A DNA stretch of 63,914 bases, the filler included, from Octopus bimaculoides (lineage: Eukaryota), in assembly GCF_001194135.2 (NCBI RefSeq). It is 8 parts of 7 records of this genome, joined end to end, with 100 filler letters (N's around TTAATTAATTAA, not from the genome) between each part and the next. Parts side by side here need not be neighbours in the genome. Positions count along the whole stretch, not along the records: positions 1 to 25,060 come from NC_069006.1; positions 25,161 to 28,385 come from NC_068981.1; 6 more parts are not named here. One strand, written 5' to 3'. The stretch's first letter is position 1. Every line of letters begins with the position of its first letter. Shown one piece after another: positions 12,967 through 25,198 of the stretch. A model generated the notes under the pieces. It had not been told where the DNA came from. It worked only from the letters and a program-made list of their open reading frames with translations, and did no database searches. The position numbers and the translations under genes are program-made.

Positions 12967-13567
12967 AAGAAAAGAAAAAATGCTGTTCCTTTCTGTCATA
13001 AAAAAAAACAACACTGCATGTATGGCTGTGAACATGAACACACACATAAACATACACACGTGTGTGTGTTTGTGTGTGTAGATAGTGTATAAGAAAGATT
13101 AAGGATGTGAAGATGAGCACACATCTAATGTGTGTGTGTGTGTGTGTGCACATATGCTTGATCATGGTTGCGAAAATAAACACACGTGTATGTATGTATG
13201 CATGTTTGTATGTGTGTGTTGATAGTATACAAGATTTGTGAACATGAACGTGTGTGTGTGTATGTGGTTGCGAAAATGAACTCTTATATGTATGTGTTTG
13301 TGTGTGTGTGTAATTATATCTATAGATGAATAGTCTGGTGTGTGAGAGTGCGTGCTTAAAAGCGTGGTTGTAAAAGATTGGTGATGGGGGTGGGGTGTGT
13401 GGGGGTGGAAGGCATTGCTTTTGGGACTTTCTTTATACCGTACCACCTCTTCACGTACCTACCTACCTTCCTACCCATCCCTTCAAAAGACGAAATAAAA
13501 GCAGGGAATGGAGGGGGGTTACGAGGTAAGGTATTTTATTTCTGGGAAGTAAAGTAGCTTTTAACCA

Positions 13568-13612
<45 letters not shown>

Positions 13613-14002
13613 CCTCTCTTTTATCCATCATCACAGCTGCCAGTCTCGGATTTCTGGCGAAAAGCTGAATTATCAACATTTTTTTTCTCTTTTTACTTCA
13701 ATTCCNNNNNNNNNNNNNNNNNNNNNNNNNNNNNNNNNNNNNNNNNNNNNNNNNNNNNNNNNNNNNNNNNNNNNNNNNNNNNNNNNNNNNNNNNNNNNNN
13801 NNNNNNNNNNNNNNNNNNNNNNNNNNNNNNNNNNNNNNNNNNNNNNNNNNNNNNNNNNNNNNNNNNNNNNNNNNNNNNNNNNNNNNNNNNNNNNNNNNNN
13901 NNNNNNNNNNNNNNNNNNNNNNNNNNNNNNNNNNNNNNNNNNNNNNNNNNNNNNNNNNNNNNNNNNNNNNNNNNNNNNNNNNNNNNNNNNAGCTGTAAAG
14001 AC

Positions 14003-14097
14003 ATCACAAAAACTGTTTCACGTTCTCGTTCATCGGACACCTAGAAAAACTGTCCGACGAACAAGAACATGAAACTCTGAGTAACAGTTTTTGTGAT
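14003..14097. repeat. 95-bp hairpin-forming inverted repeat
   Basis: ATCACAAAAACTGTT/AACAGTTTTTGTGAT outer stem, 21 of 24 pairs in the inner stem, loop CCTAGAAAAAC. Confidence 0.85.
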
Positions 14098-14197
14098 ATT
14101 TCTGCTGCTTTTTAATAAAGCATATTACTCTACCTCTGGTATTCTAGTACTATTTGTTCCACCTTGTTTCACATTTATGTGCTTACTCTGGTGTGTG

Positions 14198-14230
<33 letters not shown>

Positions 14231-14664
14231 TTATCTATCTATCCCGCCCGTTTAGTGTTGACTGTTGGGAAAAAAGAGTACTTGGTACCATTATCTAGAT
14301 TAATAATGTATTTTTTTATGGTTGAGTCAGTCTCCTGCTACTCTGCGTTTCGCCTGTGGGTGCAAAGGGTCTTCAGATAAGTTATGATAGTCATAACTTG
14401 TCTGAAGATCCTGTGCACCTCCCGGTGAAACTCGTTAGCAAGAGACTGACTCAATCAAAATAAACATATATATAATATGTGTGTGTGTGTGTGTGTGTCA
14501 ATAGTTTCATGCTAGTTAAAGTACCATAAAAGCATAGCATGAAACTATTTGTAGCTCTTTCAGTATATATATTAAATTGATATTTAACTCTCACTGGGTA
14601 GAGTAGTCTTTTGGGGGTTGATTCTATCTATATTGGACTTACAAACTATATAAAAAAAAGGGAG

Positions 14665-14978
14665 TAAAGATCCCCTTTGGTCATGAATGACCGTGGGATT
14701 GCACCTAGAAAGTTCCCCTCTGAGACAAGGTTGTTTATGGAAGAGCAGCAGTCAGCGATGCATACCAGTCTCCCCCACTGATGTTGTCCAAGGGAAAGGC
14801 AAAGGGGCCGATGCAGCTTGGCACCAGTGATGTTGCAACTCATTTCTGTAGCTGAGTTAACTGGAGCAACATGAAATAAAGTGTCTTGCTCAAGAACACA
14901 GCCGAGTCTGGGAATTGAAACTCACTACCTCATGATTGTGGACCCAATGCTCTAATCACTGAGCCATGCACCTTCACA
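14665..14978 (-). mobile_element. tRNA-headed SINE family C
   Basis: Minus-strand head GTGAAGGTGCATGGCTCAGTGATTAG...GAGTTTCAATTCCC, core TGTTCTTGAGCAAGACACTTTATTTCATGTTGCTCCAG. A related copy lies at 15925-16185. Confidence 0.75.
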
Positions 14979-14979
14979 A

Positions 14980-15010
<31 letters not shown>

Positions 15011-15200
15011 NNNNNNNNNNNNNNNNNNNNNNNNNNNNNNNNNNNNNNNNNNNNNNNNNNNNNNNNNNNNNNNNNNNNNNNNNNNNNNNNNNNNNNNNNN
15101 NNNNNNNNNNNNNNNNNNNNNNNNNNNNNNNNNNNNNNNNNNNNNNNNNNNNNNNNNNNNNNNNNNNNNNNNNNNNNNNNNNNNNNNNNNNNNNNNNNNN

Positions 15201-15247
<47 letters not shown>

Positions 15248-15382
15248 ATATAAAATAATTGTCTAAGGAATTGAATTCTCTGCAGTGCATGTTATGATTC
15301 TTGTACTTCCTAACGACTTACACAAATACAGTCACATGTGTATGTGTGTGTATTTTTATCTATTTATATATCTTCTATTTTC

Positions 15383-15840
15383 TGCTTGTTTCAGTCATTG
15401 GACTGTGGCCATGCTGGGGCATCACCTTGAAGTGTCTCTAGTCAAATAGACACCTGTCTGGTACTTATTCCACCCGTCTCTTCGAAATGCTAATTTATGG
15501 GGACATAAACAAACCAACATTGGTTGCCAAACAAGAGGGTGAACAAATACACACTAGCAGTTTGGCAGAAGTGACCGATAGAATGAGTACTAGGCTTACA
15601 AAGAATAAGTCCTGGGGTCGATTTGTTCGACTAAAGGTGGTGCTCCAGCATGGCCACAGTCAAATGACTGAAACAAGTAAAAGAATAACACTATAAAGTG
15701 GTTGGCATTAGGAAGGGCATCCAGTTGTAGAAACCAAGCCAGAACAGACTATGGAACCTGGTGTTGCCCCTGGCCTTGCCAGCTCCTGTCAAACCATCCA
15801 ACCCATGCCAGCATGGAAAATGAATATTAAATGATGATAT
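15383..15840. mobile_element. Composite of SINE family B fragments and a LINE-tail-like repeat
   Basis: Family B tail in both orientations (15383-15690), then GTGGTTGGCATTAGGAAGGGCATCCAG...AAATGATGAT, which recurs near 17360-17480 and 47400-47530. Confidence 0.65.
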
Positions 15841-15924
15841 TGATATTTTTCAGTCTATGGAGAAGTAGGTAAATTTAATGTGTTTGTATGTCTGCTATGT
15901 AGATCCGTCCGTCCGTCCGTCCAA

Positions 15925-16185
15925 AAACCCACCCAGATATACAAGATCCTTCCCGAGTCATATAAACTCACAGTGCTGGTTTCCGTAGTGCATATATTTC
16001 CTCTAGGATAGGACCCTGGTCCATTGCAGGATTGCTCATTTTTGTCAGCTGAGTGGACTGGAATGACATGAAATGAAGTGTTTTGCTCAAGAACTCAAAA
16101 TGCATTGCCCAGTCCAGTAATTGAAACTACAATCTTATGATCCTGAGTCCAACACCCCTAATCACTAAGCCATGTGTGCCTCCAT
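15925..16185 (-). mobile_element. tRNA-headed SINE family C
   Basis: Shares the head and the GTTCTTGAGCAAAACACTTCATTTCATGTC core with 14665-14978. Confidence 0.7.
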
Positions 16186-16227
16186 GATTTGATAGATGGA
16201 AGTAGAAAAAAGCTTGTTGTATTTATG

Positions 16228-16620
16228 TGTAGCTGTGTGGTAAGCAGCTTGCTTCACAGCCACATGGTTTTAGGTTCAGTCCCACTGTGTGGCACCTTGG
16301 GCAAGTGTCTTCTACTGTAGCCTTGGGCCGACCAAAGCCTTGTGAGTGGACTTGTTAGATGGAAACTGAAAGAAGCCCATCATATATATATATGTTTATG
16401 TTTGTGTGTATGTTTGTGTTTGTCCCCCCCCCCTACCATCGTTTGACAACTGATGTTGGTGTGTTTATGTCCCCATAACTTAGCGGTTAGGCAAAAGAGG
16501 CTGATAGAATAAGTACTAGGCTTACAAAGAATAAGTCCAGGGAGCACTTTCTTTGACTAAAACCCTTTAAGGTGGTGCTCCAGCATGGCTGCAGTGAAAT
16601 GACTGAAACAAGTAAAAGAA
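16228..16620 (+). mobile_element. tRNA-headed SINE family B
   Basis: GTAGCTGTGTGGTAAGCAGC...GGTTCAGTCCC...CACCTTGGGCAAGTGTCTTCTAC...ACTGAAACAAGTAAAAG. Confidence 0.9.
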
Positions 16621-18834
16621 AAAAATATATATATAGATGTGTGTGTGTGATGGGGTAGGTGAGTATATGTTCATATCTCCTTGTTTTGTCATCACTCGAT
16701 GACTACATATGAGTGTTTCTGTCATACAACTGTTGTTATTTATTTCCGATGCCTGCGAAAACATGTCTGGCTACGGAGGAAACATTACCTCGTTAGGAAG
16801 CTAACGAGGTAGATGAAAACTATAAAATTCCATTCCCTTGAGATATTGCATAACTGAGAAAATATGTATAAATACCTAACTGTGAAATAAAATAAGAGCA
16901 CTAAACAAACTTGAATGCATTAACTAGAACAATTTCTAGGTAGAATCGTAAACATGGTCCTCCTAGTACAGGTATGGAGCAAGAACTTGCAGCTACCTTT
17001 GTTTGTTGCTATTTGTGAAAAGATCATTCTACAGTTATCATTATAATCATCGTCATTTTAGGGTGTATTTTTCTATGCTTGCGTGCATTGGATGATGTTT
17101 GTTGGGCAGACTTTCTATGACTAGATGACTTTCCTCTCACCAACCTCACCTGTTTCCAAGCAAGTATGACAGTGTTATGTGTTTACAACTGTTACATGTT
17201 GTCAAGACAAGGAGACACAAACACATATTCGCGCACGTGACCTGCCCACTACGATAGAACTGAGATCCTAGAACCAAGGTACCACATAAAAGGCATTGGG
17301 TACTGATGCCACGTAAAAAGCGCTGGATATGGTGTCACGTATAAAGCACCCAGTTCACTCTATGGAGTGGTTGGCGTTGGAGAGGGCATTGAGCTGTAGA
17401 AACCAAGCCAAAGCATACAATGGAACCTGTTGCAGCCCCTGGCCTTTGGAAAACAGATGTTAAATATTGATGATGATTATAAAGGTGATGAGCTTGCAGA
17501 ATCATTAGCATGTAGGACAACATGCTTTGTGGTATTTCTTCTAGCTTTTCATTCTGAGTTCAAATTCTGTGCTTTTTATATGGCACCAGCACCCTTTTGG
17601 GGTCGATGAAATAGGCATCAGTTGAGCACTGGGGTTGATGTAATCAACTAACCCCCCCACTCACATTTCAGGCTGTGTTCCTATTGTAGAAAGAATCTAC
17701 TATAATAATACTCTTGTGTTTTTCTCCATCACAACGTATGAATGAGAAAGGAAGGGGTGATAGATGAGTAAGGAAAGAAGGGGTGATGGCAAACTGGTAA
17801 TGGGAGCATTTCAACTCTGTGTAAATATATGTGTGTGTATGTAAAAGGGAAGTATGTGAATGTTTGTCTGTGTGTGTGTGTGTGTATGTGTGTGTGTGCA
17901 CATACAATGGAAGTGGGATGGTGAACATTCAATGCTGAAAAGAAAAATCTAGCAGCGTTTCAACTCTGTGAGTATGTGTGTGTGTGTGCATGTGACAGCA
18001 TGAGGCCAGCTAGTTATTAATAAAGGCAACGAGCTGGCAGAATTGGTAGAGAATTGGACAAAGTTTTGTAAATAACCATTCATGGAAATAACAATTTGGG
18101 GTTAATGTATGCATGTCTCATCACTATATTTTTTATGAATACTGAAACCACAAGTGAGAATTACATATATAAAAAGCACGAGTATTACCTGTCTGTCTGT
18201 CTGACTGGTAACTTTCAAAGTGTACTTTTCCACCATTGATAATATCTGGAATTTGCGCTTACATACAATAATTTTTATTTAACTTTTATCAAATTTCTTC
18301 GTGCTTATACAAAATGATGGAAATGAACACTGATTTTTCCAAATGAAAAAATATCCATTATCTTGAAATAAAATAAATTTCACATTTGTATAATCCTTCC
18401 TCTAACTATTCTGTCATCTACTCCTTCTCCTCTGTCTATAATTCTTTCTCTATGTGCGTGCGCAGGTAGCATTCTTTTACTCATTGACAGCCACCAAACC
18501 TAGTATCTGCATTCATTCTGCAACTGTTAACTTTCTCTGTATTTTCATTTTACTCTCTTTCTCTCTCTCTCTTTCTCTAAATGATATAAAATGTGGATGA
18601 AGAATTAGCCAGGTTACATTAAACGATGTATTCTTAGATATACTGCCAACAAGCTCCACTACATTATACCTCGACCTGCTAGAAACATCAGCCAGATCTC
18701 CCTCGAATTACATCTTATTACCTTGGTGGGATGCAGGTCATCATAGCCTTTAATGATGAGCTGGCAGAATTGTTAGCATGTTGGGCAAAATGCTTGGCAG
18801 AATTTTGTCCATCTTTTTGTTGTTTGACATTAAC

Positions 18835-19245
18835 CAGTTGAGCATGTCCCTTGGTGGCTGACGATATGTACATCTCTGATCATAAGCAGAAGTAGTGGGG
18901 GAGCATCATAGCCATGTGTTGAGAGGGATTCTTTGGGGTTTGAATAATTTACCTCTGGAAACATGGGTGTTTTGCTCAACATCCTTAAACAATCCTTATT
19001 CAGGGACCTTTTAAGCGGGATGAGTTACTTGATCTGAACAAACTTCTAACTGGGCCCCACCTGCAAGGTTATGTGCCATTTATCTTGATATGAGATCACC
19101 ATGTCGCGCACATATGGTTGTGATACATGTACCTGGTGTACCCTTATCAGATGGGTGGTCATTATGGGTATACTGAGCTTCGCATATTTTACCCCAGTGT
19201 TACTTTGATGGCATGCACTGCTCTCTCACTCAATAATAATAATGC
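18835..19245 (+). repeat. Unclassified interspersed repeat ending in (AAT)n
   Basis: Complex non-coding segment ending ...CTCTCTCACTCAATAATAATAAT, embedded among SINEs. It resembles a non-autonomous retroposon; class not assigned. Confidence 0.4.
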
Positions 19246-19650
19246 TTTTAAATTTTGGCACAAGGTCAGCAAATTGTGGAGACTGGGTAAATCGATTACA
19301 TGAACCCCAGTGCTCAACTGGTATTCTTTTATCAACCCCAAACTGATGAAAGGCAAAGTTGACCTCGGTGGAATTTGAACTCACAACGTAACTGGTGAAA
19401 TACTGCTAAGCTTTTCATCCAATGTGCTAACGATTCTGCCAGCTTGCTGCCTTAATAATAATAATCCTTTCTACTGGAAGCACAAGGCCTCAAATTTGGG
19501 GAAGGGATTAAGTCGATTACATCGACCCCAGTGCGTAACTGGTACTTATCAACCCTGAGAGGATGAAAAGTAAAGTTGACCTCGGCAGAATTTGAACTCA
19601 GAACGTAACACTTTGCCCAACATGCTAACAATTCTGCCAGCTTGCTGGCT
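19240..19650 (-). mobile_element. Two tandem SINE family A copies
   Basis: Two successive GAATTTGAACTC...CTGCCAGCTTGCTG heads with GTTGACCTCGG and GACCCCAGTG cores. Confidence 0.85.
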
Positions 19651-19652
19651 TA

Positions 19653-19692
<40 letters not shown>

Positions 19693-19910
19693 AATAATAA
19701 TAATAATAATAATACAATAATAATTTATTAACAGTTTGTGGCCCCTAGAATGAACTTAGCTCATCAGACATATGTACATTAATGTTCAAACACATACTTA
19801 CATACATACACACACACATTCTAGTATATGTATATCGTTACCCATCTGTGCTTCTGTAATACATGCTTACTTACACTCATTGATGTTTGACACATATATA
19901 CACACACATA

Positions 19911-21115
19911 CACAACAAAAGTAAATAAACACCCTTATAATTGTTATAATTTATTTAAATCTGAAATTATACATTTGAATTATTTATTAGTTGTTATAGT
20001 GTGAATATTTAATATTTAGTAGACAAGCCCTTAGCATTTTTCAATGCAAGGATCTTATTAAGATGTTAATGATCAGATGACATTCTCTTGAGGAATTTCT
20101 TCCCAAGTTTCATGCAGTTATCTCAAAAGATCTGGCTTTGAAGATGCTATTCTTGTTCTTTTTATGAAGTGTCCTGTCCATTATGCCTCAGAGGTATTCA
20201 ATAGGGTCCATATCTGGTGACTGGCTTGGCCATGGAGGCTTTTTGATGCCATTCTCATCCAACAAATCTTGGGTCATTCTAGCCGTATGACAAGGAGCCC
20301 CATCTTTCGTAAATAGAGAATCTTTAATCATTTCACCACTTGAGTCCTTTCTGCAATATGGACATATATTTATCTGAGTTTATGTTTCCCTCACACTCCA
20401 CCAGCTCTGTTGACCATTGTTCGAAATTGCTCTCCAGACATCACAGAATAACTGCCATTTTTCTTTATTGGCTGCAATCTTTTCACGTCAAATTCTTGAT
20501 CACAGAGTCTCCAGACCTACACTCAACCACTGTCAGAAAATACAGCAAACCTGGACTCATTGATGAATATGACAGTGTCCCAAAATGCTAGTAGCCTCTC
20601 CACCATCTCACTGGCCCAATCTTTTCTCCATTTGATATTGGCTGGTCAAAGAAGTGGTTTCCTTCTTGCTGCTCTGCCATAGTAACCAAGTTTGTGGAGA
20701 TACCTGACAGCTGTTCTGGGACTGACATCAACTTGCTCTGTTATGTCAGAGGCTTTGCAATGAGGATTATCCTCTACACTTCTCTTAACAAAGAGAAGGG
20801 TCCTGTCAGAGAGCCCTGGTTGATCTGGGCAAGGTGATAGGGACTCCTTCTCCTCTCTGGTGAATTGCACAGTCACTCTATTAACTGTAGAAAGCAGGAT
20901 CCCATGATTTTCTGCAATTTTACGCAATGTCCACCTTCAGATTGACCTACAATATGGCCTCTTTGGAATTCAGACTGTTCCAAGGCTTCTTTTGTACATA
21001 GCATGATTAAACAGTCAAATATAGAACCTGAAACATAAAAATGTCAAAAAATATAAAACTTTTTTAGAATAAACATAAAGCGATGTTTGATGTGGTGGCT
21101 ATTTACTTCTGTTGC

Positions 21116-21116
<1 letters not shown>
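19911..21116 (-). mobile_element. Decayed Tc1-family DNA transposon with TIRs
   Basis: ~24-bp imperfect TIRs (19/24 match): CACAACAAAAGTAAATAAACACCC after TA at 19909-19910, versus the reverse complement of 21093-21116. They enclose a transposase pseudogene. Confidence 0.8.
20009..21004 (-). pseudogene. Tc1 transposase pseudogene
   Basis: Manual translation gives SEFQRGHIVG, RKIAENHGI, LGYYGRAARRKPLL, WDTVIFINESRF, DGAPCHTAR, WPSQSPDMDPIEYL and AKGLSTKY*. Several stops and frameshifts. Confidence 0.9.
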
Positions 21117-21140
<24 letters not shown>

Positions 21141-21147
<7 letters not shown>

Positions 21148-21248
21148 GTTCAATTCAAACACAGAATGTGTTCTAGATAAACTAGTTAAAAACAACAAAG
21201 AAATGGAAAAAGTGAATTTTATGTGAGTTAATGGTGAATTGAGAGTAT

Positions 21249-21290
<42 letters not shown>

Positions 21291-21503
21291 ATATACATAC
21301 ACCATAATCATTAAACAATGATGATGAATATATATTACATACACATTCCAATGTGTGTGTGTGTGTGTGTGTGTTTACATTCTCTCAATTCACCGTTATC
21401 TTACATGAAATTCACAGGAATATCCCAGGTTCACTCTTTTCATCTCTGTCGTTTTTAACTAGTTTATCTAGAACACAGTTTGTGCTCTAATTGAACATAT
21501 CTA
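21141..21503. repeat. Foldback element: ~110-bp outer arms plus inner (AC)n/(TG)n arms
   Basis: 21141-21250 pairs with 21376-21503 (TAGATATGTTCAATT/AATTGAACATATCTA; TTCTAGATAAACTAGTTAAAAAC/GTTTTTAACTAGTTTATCTAGAA). (AC)n 21251-21281 pairs with (TG)n 21352-21374. Confidence 0.85.
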
Positions 21504-22754
21504 TATATATGTATATATATATGCACCAGCACACAAAATACAGGCAATTGTATACTCACATGCATGAACTCGCCCCTTTTCTTAACCATTTCAACTCAAT
21601 ACTGATCCTTATCACATGACGTCAACACCATCGTGATAGCCTTTGTGCACATGCACACATGTGTATGTATGTATGTATATATATACATATACACACATAC
21701 ACACATATATATATACATACATACATACATACATACATACACTGACACACATACATACACACTAATATCTGTATACTGCTTTTATCACATAGATAGCTGA
21801 ATGGGCAGTGACTGCTGCCATTACATTTGATGGACAAAGTGATGTCACTACTCATTTGGCCATCTGAATGTCAGCATCTACATAAAACTCACATTTCTTA
21901 ACTGCATTCTCCTGATGACGGGCCATTGTGCTCGAAATATATAAAGGTTGCTCAAAATTCCTCCTTGCATTGTAAGAAGCTCTCTTTGCTTTTTGCCTGT
22001 TATTCTATTTCTATATCAGAATGCTTCAAGCAAACTACAACACTCTTCTTAAAATCATAAGTACTGGAGTCGATTCATTTGACTAAAAATTCTTCAAGGT
22101 GGTGCCCCAGCATGGCCACAGTCTAATGACTGAAACAAGTAAAAGATACAAAATGTATCTTGAATTGACCTCAGTACTTATTTTTTTTTTATTCATCATA
22201 AGCCTGGTACTTATTCTATCAATTGGTTTTGCTGAACTGTTAAGTTACAGGAATGTGAACACACCAATACCGATNNNNNNNNNNNNNNNNNNNNNNNNNN
22301 NNNNNNNNNNNNNNNNNNNNNNNNNNNNNNNNNNNNNNNNNNNNNNNNNNNNNNNNNNNNNNNNNNNNNNNNNNNNNNNNNNNNNNNNNNNNNNNNNNNN
22401 NNNNNNNNNNNNNNNNNNNNNNNNNNNNNNNNNNNNNNNNNNNNNNNNNNNNNNNNNNNNNNNNNNNNNNNNNNNNNNNNNNNNNNNNNNNNNNNNNNNN
22501 NNNNNNNNNNNNNNNNNNNNNNNNNNNNNNNNNNNNNNNNNNNNNNNNNNNNNNNNNNNNNNNNNNNNNNNNNNNNNNNNNNNNNNNNNNNNNNNNNNNN
22601 NNNNNNNNNNNNNNNNNNNNNNNNNNNNNNNNNNNNNNNNNNNNNNNNNNNNNNNNNNNNNNNNNNNCCAGTTGAGCACTGGGGGTCGATGTATTCAACT
22701 TGCCCCCTCCCCATGAAATTTCAGGCCTCGTGCAGAAAGAATTATTAAATATTT

Positions 22755-22980
22755 AAGGTGGTGAGCTGGCAGGGTGAAATGCTTAGCGGTATTTCGTCTG
22801 CCCTTACGTTCTGAGCTCAAATTCCGCCGAGGTTGACTTTCCCTTCCACCCTTTCGGGGTCGATGAATTAAGTACCTGTTGCGCACTGGGGTTGATGTAA
22901 TCGACTTAATCCCTTTGTCTGTCTTTGTTTGTCCCCTTTATGTTTAGCTCCTTGTGGGCAATAAAGAAATAAGAAAGGAT
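22755..22980 (+). mobile_element. tRNA-headed SINE family A
   Basis: Head, core and GTGGGCAATAAAGAAATAAG tail, flanked by repeated ATTATTAAATAT. Confidence 0.9.
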
Positions 22981-23119
22981 TATTAAATATTGTCTTTCCA
23001 AATCTTGCTGCATTTCACATAAGATTTCCGGTCTTTTCAGAATAGTCTTTTTCTGTCTAAATTGACCCACCATTTTGTTTGGCTGTAAATTTTGGTGTGA
23101 AAAATTTGACTTGTATCTT

Positions 23120-23710
23120 TTACTTGTCACTTGTTTCAGTCATTAGGCTGTGGCCATACTGGAGTACTGCCTTGAAGAACTTTTAGTTGATTGAATCAAC
23201 CCTAGTATTCATTTTTTTTTTGTTTTTGTTTTCAAGTCTGGTACTTTTTCTATAATATCTTTTGTTGAACTGCTAAGTTACAGGGACATAATCACACCAA
23301 CATCGGTTGTCAAGCAGTGATGGTAGACAAACACAGACCCCAAATCACTCACACACACAATTACAATGGGCTTCTTTTAGTTTCTTATTTCTTTATTGCC
23401 CACAAAGGGCTAAACATAGAGGGGATGAACAACGACAGACAAAAGGGTTGAGTCGATCAGATCGACCCCGAAAGGATGAAAGGCGAAGTCAACCTTGGCG
23501 GAATTTGAACTCAGAACGAAATACTGCTAAGCATTTCGCCTGGTGTGCTAATGTTTCTGCCAGCTCGCCGCCTTTTAGTTTCCGTCTCCCAAATCCACTC
23601 ACATGGCCTTGGTCGGCCCGAGGCTATAGTAGAAGACACTTGTCCAAGGTGCCACACAGTGGGACTGAACCTAGAACTATGCGGTTGGGAAGCAAGCTTC
23701 TTACCACATG
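23120..23710 (-). mobile_element. SINE family B interrupted by a nested family A copy
   Basis: The family B sequence breaks at 23384 and resumes at 23572 across the insert. Confidence 0.85.
23385..23571 (-). mobile_element. Nested SINE family A with 11-bp target-site duplication
   Basis: CTTTTAGTTTC at 23374-23384 and 23572-23582. Confidence 0.9.
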
Positions 23711-24284
23711 CGTAAAAATACTACTAGTACTACTTACTGCTGTTACTGCTACTATTTATTGCTGCTGCTGCTGCTACTTCTGCCATGTTTGATGTGTGAG
23801 TCTGCTCCCAACATTTATTAATGTCTTCACAGAGCCCCTCCTAATACAGTAGTTATTTCTAAGCTGATTCTGCTCTAACCTCTTCCCTCTCCCCTTAAAC
23901 TTTTTTTAAAAAAATTATTTTGTTAGGCTCCTGTTCAATCTGATACCAGTCTGACAAAATAAATTTTTTAAAAAAGTAGTAAAATAAACCCTCCTGAAGT
24001 TGAGGGATCTAAAGAACTTCAACTTATTTATTCAATCAACTCTGTTTTGTCACATTTTCTTTTTCTCTCTCTCTCTATCTCACTCTCTGTGTTTCTGTCT
24101 GTCTGTCTGTCTGTCCCTCATTTTTTTTCTTTGTTGCTCTCTATTGCTCTTTTTCTTTGTCACTCTCTTCTTTCTCAATCTCTCTTTCTTTCTCAATTTC
24201 CTTTCCTATTTTCTTTTTTACTGTTTCCCTTTTTTCTTTCTGTCTTTCTTTCCTTTATTCCTTCTCTCTCTGCCTCTGTTTGTT

Positions 24285-24336
<52 letters not shown>

Positions 24337-24982
24337 CTCACACACACAAATGAATGTGTATTATATAAATATATATAAAAAAAAAAAGCTTAGCCAGATT
24401 ATCTGAAATTAATCCTTTGCAATAAAATTGAAAATTGGATCTGCTTCTTCCAGAAAACAAACAGAACAAAATAAAACCAAACCAGAAAAACAAACAAACA
24501 AACGCCCATCCTTACGCTACCCCCTAAGCCAAACTAAGCCTACATCCATCCCTTCTGGAATTTCCTTCTATCCCATGTGTTCCCATCAATTACAGAGATC
24601 AGCAACACTTCTAAAACTGAAATACTAAACTGCACTAAAATCTAACATACACATCATGCTCCCTCCACAGTCCTCTAGCCTTACTAAGGCATCAACCAAT
24701 CCCCTTCCCATAATTCTTTCACTCCAAAGATACACACACACGTACACACACATATCAGTAGACTGGGTGTAGTCTTTCCTTTTACTGAAACAGTTGTTAG
24801 AGAAAAGGATGTTGATGGTGGTGGGGATGTTGTAGGTGGCGTTTTGGTGGAAGTGAGAGAAATAAATTTCTAACCCTTGGCAATAAGGGATGTTGTTCCT
24901 TAGCTGAAACTCCCATTGTACATATAATGAAGTTTATATATATATATATATATATGCATACACACATGATTTGTGCATATAC

Positions 24983-25033
<51 letters not shown>

Positions 25034-25060
25034 CTCTCTAACTATCTATCTATCACACAC

Positions 25061-25160
25061 NNNNNNNNNNNNNNNNNNNNNNNNNNNNNNNNNNNNNNNN
25101 NNNNTTAATTAATTAANNNNNNNNNNNNNNNNNNNNNNNNNNNNNNNNNNNNNNNNNNNN
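25061..25160. other. Artificial scaffold join (44 N + TTAATTAATTAA + 44 N)
   Basis: Identical 100-bp construct at seven sites; the 12-mer has stops in all six frames. Confidence 0.95.

Positions 25161-25198
<38 letters not shown>

Noticed and set aside
25105-25116. Recurrent TTAATTAATTAA as a biological motif
   Set aside because: Always centred in exactly 44+44 N; an assembly spacer.
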